Source: an uncultured bacterium (GTDB taxonomy: Bacteria; JAJVIF01; JAPKYR01). From it: 21,495 nt of DNA. The notes under the pieces are model-generated. The model saw only the letters and a program-made list of their open reading frames with translations, was not told where the DNA came from and searched no databases. Positions 16,944 through 21,495 of this stretch are shown in pieces. Numbering within the stretch: position 1 is the stretch's first letter; each line of letters starts with the position of its first letter. Position numbers and translations under genes: made by a program. The DNA lies in contig CBDURU010000058.1 of assembly GCA_965369865.1 (NCBI GenBank), forward strand, positions 1 to 21,495. Direction: 5' to 3'.

Positions 16944-17026
16944 CGGCGACAAGCACGTGACGCAGGTTAGAGTAACTGGGATTGTCAGTAATAGAAGGCG
17001 TCACTTAGCTTGTCACCGGCACCCGG
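16944..17026 (-). repeat. RAYT-flanking repeat, copy 3 (inverted)
   Basis: Reverse complement carries the same two arms with a third loop variant. Confidence 0.92.
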
Positions 17027-17138
17027 GGTGATTAGAATCGCCAATATGCCGGGTAAAATCTCCTCTGATTATATACAATTTAAATTACTCCTTCAAATCG
17101 CTTTTGGGTTTGTATTAACCCTTATTGACGGTCTTAAA

Positions 17139-17167
17139 TTGACGATCAATTTCCACGGTGATATTAT
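17139..17167 (+). promoter_or_regulatory. Sigma70-type promoter for glyQS
   Basis: TTGACG-17 bp-TATTAT with TG extension; SD AAGGAG before ATG 17213. Confidence 0.65.
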
Positions 17168-17212
17168 CACCCCACTCGATTCAGTCCATTTGGACTGTTT
17201 CAAGGAGCCTTA

Positions 17213-18520
17213 ATGTCAGAGAAAAAATTTACCCTCGATACCATCTCATCTCTCGCCAAGCGGCGTGGTTTCATTTTCCAGTCTTCAGAAATCTACGGCG
17301 GACTTGCGTCATGCTGGGATTTCGGCCCGCTGGGTGTCGAGCTTAAAAATAATGTGAAAAACATCTGGTGGAAACATGTCGTTCGTATGCGCGACGATGT
17401 GGTCGGGATGGATTCAAGTATCCTCATGCACCCTGATGTCTGGGTTGCATCCGGGCATGTTGGCGCGTTCCACGATATGCTTGTCGACTGCCTGACCTGT
17501 AAATCCCGTGTCCGTGAGGATCATCTTGTAAAAGGAAAATGCCCCCGGTGCGGCGGGTCCGAATTTACCGAACCCCAGAAATTCCAGCTCATGTTCAAGA
17601 CCCAGGCCGGATCGACCGAATCGGGGAAAATGGACGTCTGGCTCCGTCCCGAGACATGCCAGGGTATTTTTGTCGATTTCAAGGCCATACAAAGCGTAAG
17701 CCGCCAGAAAGTACCGTTCGGGATCGCGCAGGTCGGTAAGGCTTTTCGTAATGAAGTTACCACCAAAAGCTTCATTTTCCGGTCACGGGAGTTCGAGCAG
17801 ATGGAGATGGAGTTTTTTGTCCATCCCGATTCCGCCGATGAATGGTACGAGCACTGGCGACAAGAGCGTTGGGATTTTTATATTAATGCCCTCGGTATAA
17901 GAGAAGAAAATTTGAAACTTGTACCACATAAGGTAAAGCACCTTGCTCACTACGCAAAGGTCGCGGTGGATATAGAATACAACTTCCCGTTCGGCTGGCA
18001 GGAGATCGAGGGGATTCATAACCGTACCGATTACGATCTCAGGCAGCACCAGGAGCATTCAGGCAAGAATCTTATTTATCACGACCAGGAATCGGGTGAG
18101 AAATATATTCCCTGGGTAATCGAGACATCGGCCGGTGTCGAGCGAAGCGTGCTCGTTGCGATGTGTGACGCTTATGAAGAAGACGAAATCGGCGGCGAGA
18201 AAAGAACTATCCTGAAATTCAAGCCCGAAGTGGCGCCGGTTAAAGTTGCGGTGTTCCCTTTACAGAAAAAGGGCGATTTACAGGATGTCGCGATGCCGCT
18301 CTTTAAGGAATTAAAGGAATTATGGCACTGCCAGTATGATGTATCCGGGAATATCGGACGCCGTTACAGAAGGCAGGATGAGATCGGCACACCGTACTGC
18401 CTGACGATCGATTTCGATACTCTTGATGATAAAGCTGTGACAGTACGTGACCGTGACACAACAGAACAGGAAAGGATTGGGCTGGATAAGATAAAGGCCT
18501 GGTTGACAGAAAGGCTTTGA
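17213..18520 (+). CDS. glyQS: Glycine--tRNA ligase, homodimeric (class IIa) type
   Basis: KRRGFIFQSSEIYGG, LRPETCQGIF, GKAFRNE, FRSREFEQME, LAHYA, VIETSAGVER, IGRRYRRQDEIGTPY. Confidence 0.97.
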   Translation: MSEKKFTLDTISSLAKRRGFIFQSSEIYGGLASCWDFGPLGVELKNNVKNIWWKHVVRMRDDVVGMDSSILMHPDVWVASGHVGAFHDMLVDCLTCKSRVREDHLVKGKCPRCGGSEFTEPQKFQLMFKTQAGSTESGKMDVWLRPETCQGIFVDFKAIQSVSRQKVPFGIAQVGKAFRNEVTTKSFIFRSREFEQMEMEFFVHPDSADEWYEHWRQERWDFYINALGIREENLKLVPHKVKHLAHYAKVAVDIEYNFPFGWQEIEGIHNRTDYDLRQHQEHSGKNLIYHDQESGEKYIPWVIETSAGVERSVLVAMCDAYEEDEIGGEKRTILKFKPEVAPVKVAVFPLQKKGDLQDVAMPLFKELKELWHCQYDVSGNIGRRYRRQDEIGTPYCLTIDFDTLDDKAVTVRDRDTTEQERIGLDKIKAWLTERL

Positions 18521-18549
18521 TTTTAAGCATGAGGTTTAGAATTAACCGA

Positions 18550-18722
18550 CCACCCACCTCAATCCCCTCCGCGAGCGGTGGGGAGGTATTAAATCAATAA
18601 GTAATGAATAAACCATCCCCCCACTTGTGGGGGGATTACAGGGGGGGGATGCAAGGCTCTAAGAGGTTCGGGGATGATATGAAGACTGTCCACCCACCTC
18701 AATCCCCCTCGACAGTTGGGGG
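18550..18722. repeat. Poly-C/poly-G palindromic repeat cluster
   Basis: CCACCCACCTCAATCCCC at 18550 and 18690, each followed by a G-rich complementary arm; perfect ATCCCCCCAC-tt-GTGGGGGGAT at 18615-18636. Confidence 0.75.
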
Positions 18723-18805
18723 TGGTTAAGATTCTCTGGAAAATATACTATGATGGAAATATGAACGGTGCATTATCTTTAAATACACGAGAACGAGGAA
18801 AAACA

Positions 18806-21046
18806 ATGAGAAATGTCATCATAATAATGCTCGTCGGAATGTTACTTACTCTATCTGCTCCTGCGATAGGTCAGAACGACAGTGAGTTTCCTGAGATATC
18901 CGGACATGCCATGACAGTGATAATCACTCCCGATGATCACTGGATCTCAGCCATGGATGTGGTATTCCTGGAAGGACCGGCGGGTCCGGGATTTGAATTC
19001 ACTCTAAATAAAAATCTGGAAATACAGTATATCGGTCGTATTGCTGGAGGAACTCTCAGTCTTGAGAAATTTGATTTCGAGATAGTGCCATACCAGGGTT
19101 CGGGTACCGGGGAAGTCGATGAGACCACTACTGTTAACAGTGTTATTGTTGATCTTCCGGAGGGCACCAATGTGTTCATGATTGAATATTCCGGGGAAAT
19201 TAACGATCCGATAAACCCCAGTACCGCACTTGGACGGGTCCGAGGCGACTACACAAGCGGAATTATTTCCCCGGAGGGAGTCTATCTTTCATCGGAAACC
19301 GGCTGGTATCCTGACACGGAATTTTCGATGGCAACATATAACGTGAATGTACAACTTCCGGAAGGCTGGAGTTCTGTGTCACAGGGAAACAGGGAGCAAC
19401 AGGAGTACGGCTTTGTGCAATGGACCAGCGATGTGCCTTCAGATGGCTGTGTCCTTGTCGCGAATCAGTACAACATAAATACAAGGACAATCGATGGAGT
19501 CGATTGCAGCACATATTTCTACATGGACAATGAGGATTTATCGAACCAGTTTTTAGACAAGCTTGAGGAATACCTGCCTGCCTATGTTGAGCTATTCGGC
19601 CCGCATCCCTATTCGAGGTTCGATATAGTCGAGAATTTCTTTTCCACCGGTTACGGAATGCCTGGATTTACTCTTCTCGGTTCGCGTGTACTTACGATGC
19701 CGTTCGCGACCGCAGAGGGTTCTCTCGCGCATGAACTCGTGCATAACTGGTGGGGAAATTACGTTTATGTCGACTGGGAATCCGGCAACTGGTGCGAAGG
19801 GCTGACATCTTTTTCAACCAACTACTACTGGAATGTCATCGATGGACGCCCTGAAGATGCGGAAGCATTCCGGTTCAGGAGCATGGTCAGATACGCGGTT
19901 GATGTCAGCGAGGAAGAGGATTATCCGGTAAGAGAATTCCGCACAAAAATGACTGCCGAGGACGGCAATATCGGTTATGACAAAGCCAGTGGGATTTTCA
20001 TTATGCTTCATGAGATGCTCGGAAAGGACAAGTTTTTCGAGGCGTTACGGCTTGGAGTCGAAAGATACGGCGGCCAGAGGACCTCCTGGGACGACTGGAA
20101 AGTTGTATTTGAAGAAGTGTACGGAAAAAGCCTGACACGTTTCTTCACAAGCTGGCTCGACCAGACAGGTGCCCCATCGCTGGAGGTTTATGATGTTTCA
20201 TCCAGCGAATCTGAAGACGGATATCGCTTACATTTCTTCATCAGGCAGACAGGTAATCCCTTCTATTTCGACCTGCCGGTCAGGATGATTACCGAAAACG
20301 CCGACACCACAGTACCGCTTCAAATTTTTTCACAGGAACAAAGTTGTTCAATTATTGGTCCCGATCGACCTCTTTCAATTGAAATCGATCCGGAATATTA
20401 TATTTACCGAAGACTGACGCGTGAAGAGATCCCTCCCGGACTGAAAACAACCCTCGTGGCTGATTCACTTATTGTTGTCCTGCCATCTGGCGGCACCGAT
20501 GAAACCCTTGAGACCATGAGCATGGGAGGCCATGGCGGCAGTGGAGGAGCTTCAGAAGTTACTGTCAGAGAACATTATGAATCGCTTGCAGAACAGGTAG
20601 CGGCAAGCGGAACGGATGTTACGATCAAGGATGATGTCGAAGTAACTGAAGAGGACCTCGCGAATTCATCGATCCTGTGTTTCGGCGCGGCGCGATACAA
20701 TTCTATTGTCGAGGAACTGGGCACAGCGTCCGGGGAACAGGGAGCAGCGGCCAGTGATCTGGGAGTAGCGTCCGGGAAACTTGTCGATTTCAGCGAGGGT
20801 GGATTTACAATCGATGGGACTGAATATACTGGTGAGGGGAATTCAGTTCTCGTCACTGTTCGAAATCCCTTCAATCCCGATTACGATATCACTTTCTACA
20901 TGGGCAACTCACCCCAGGCGATTTTCAAAGCATCGTACATTTTCTTCTACAACTGGGATTCATACATCGTCTATGAAGACGGCACCGTAATAGACCGCGG
21001 CGACTGGGAAACCAACGAGGGCTCGTTAATCTTCAGCCTGGAATAG
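18806..21046 (+). CDS. Exported M1-family zinc aminopeptidase
   Basis: HELVHNWWG..WCEGL (HEXXH-x18-E), GYDKAS catalytic Tyr, GYGMP in place of GAMEN; signal peptide from MRNVII (18806, SD GAGGA). Confidence 0.9.
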   Translation: MRNVIIIMLVGMLLTLSAPAIGQNDSEFPEISGHAMTVIITPDDHWISAMDVVFLEGPAGPGFEFTLNKNLEIQYIGRIAGGTLSLEKFDFEIVPYQGSGTGEVDETTTVNSVIVDLPEGTNVFMIEYSGEINDPINPSTALGRVRGDYTSGIISPEGVYLSSETGWYPDTEFSMATYNVNVQLPEGWSSVSQGNREQQEYGFVQWTSDVPSDGCVLVANQYNINTRTIDGVDCSTYFYMDNEDLSNQFLDKLEEYLPAYVELFGPHPYSRFDIVENFFSTGYGMPGFTLLGSRVLTMPFATAEGSLAHELVHNWWGNYVYVDWESGNWCEGLTSFSTNYYWNVIDGRPEDAEAFRFRSMVRYAVDVSEEEDYPVREFRTKMTAEDGNIGYDKASGIFIMLHEMLGKDKFFEALRLGVERYGGQRTSWDDWKVVFEEVYGKSLTRFFTSWLDQTGAPSLEVYDVSSSESEDGYRLHFFIRQTGNPFYFDLPVRMITENADTTVPLQIFSQEQSCSIIGPDRPLSIEIDPEYYIYRRLTREEIPPGLKTTLVADSLIVVLPSGGTDETLETMSMGGHGGSGGASEVTVREHYESLAEQVAASGTDVTIKDDVEVTEEDLANSSILCFGAARYNSIVEELGTASGEQGAAASDLGVASGKLVDFSEGGFTIDGTEYTGEGNSVLVTVRNPFNPDYDITFYMGNSPQAIFKASYIFFYNWDSYIVYEDGTVIDRGDWETNEGSLIFSLE

Positions 21047-21057
21047 TAGTTAAATAC

Positions 21058-21495
21058 AATCATGGTGCCGAATCATGGTGCCGTTAGCTTCCAGCTATCG
21101 GACAGCCCGTATCGACAACTTCCAGTTGTTTAATAAAAAAAACCCCAAAATCATGTCAGTAATCGACCGCTGGAAGCGGACGCCACATTAATCCGATTGC
21201 TGGAAGCAAACGGCACATTAATCCGATTGCTGGAAGCAGACGGCACAGAATTGTTGATATTGATGACAATCGAGGTGCCGTTAGCTTCCAGCTATCGGAC
21301 AGCCCGTATAGACAACTTCCAGTTGTTTAATAAAAAAAAACCCAAAATCATGTCAGTAATCGACCGCTGGAAGCAAACGCCACATTAATCCGATTGCTGG
21401 AAGCAGACGGCACAGAATTGTTGATATTTATGACAATCATGGTGCCGTTAGCTTCCAGCTATCGGACAGCCCGTATAGACAACTTCCAGTTGTTT
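21058..21495. repeat. Tandem array of REPIN-like units (197 bp, 167 bp, third unit runs off the window)
   Basis: Units start GGTGCCGTTAGCTTCCAGCTATCGGA at 21077, 21274, 21441 and close with inverted TCCGATTGCTGGAAGCAGACGGCAC; nested 30-bp sub-repeat. Confidence 0.93.

Larger units (their letters stand above)
16149..17026. mobile_element. REPtron-like locus: RAYT flanked by REPIN-like hairpins
   Basis: 34-bp perfect terminal inverted repeat (16149-16182 / 16993-17026) enclosing three homologous elements and the RAYT gene. Confidence 0.85.

Noticed and set aside
17030..17212. T-box riboswitch before glyQS
   Set aside because: No GGTGGNACC T-box motif or terminator; the promoter is only ~45 nt from the start
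60..20990. Remaining short ORFs nested in or antisense to called genes (e.g. 11795-12292, 13934-14440, 4533-4946, 2922-3200)
   Set aside because: Fully overlap confidently identified genes or the tRNA and show no family motifs
21058..21495. CRISPR array
   Set aside because: Inter-repeat sequences are themselves repeated and the repeats alternate in orientation

Overview
Bacterial chromosomal segment of moderate GC; I cannot assign a taxon. Housekeeping core: tRNA-Ser(UGA), rpmE, DUF1385, rho, cmk and dimeric glycyl-tRNA synthetase. Exported proteins: a 1263-aa S8 protease lipoprotein with Asp-box repeats, an M1 aminopeptidase, a probable beta-propeller protein with a GspG/pseudopilin-like C-terminus, and a small lipoprotein. 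Three things stand out. (1) Downstream of tRNA-Ser, a compositionally foreign ~1.8 kb insert (about 805-2610) encodes a PLD-family nuclease with a putative winged-helix tail, a structured spacer and an uncharacterised protein with HhH-glycosylase-like motifs. It truncates the HEPN toxin of a resident MNT-HEPN pair and is a candidate defence cassette. (2) A REP-associated tyrosine transposase (RAYT) is bracketed by three REPIN-like hairpins, and at least five other palindromic repeat families occupy intergenic gaps, two of them expanded into tandem arrays that are not CRISPRs. (3) Gene order suggests an inversion of about 5.4-12.5 kb that split rho from rpmE. Rho has an ~80-aa Arg/Ser/Asn-rich N-terminal extension and a long structured leader. 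All calls come from motif recognition by eye; no searches were run.
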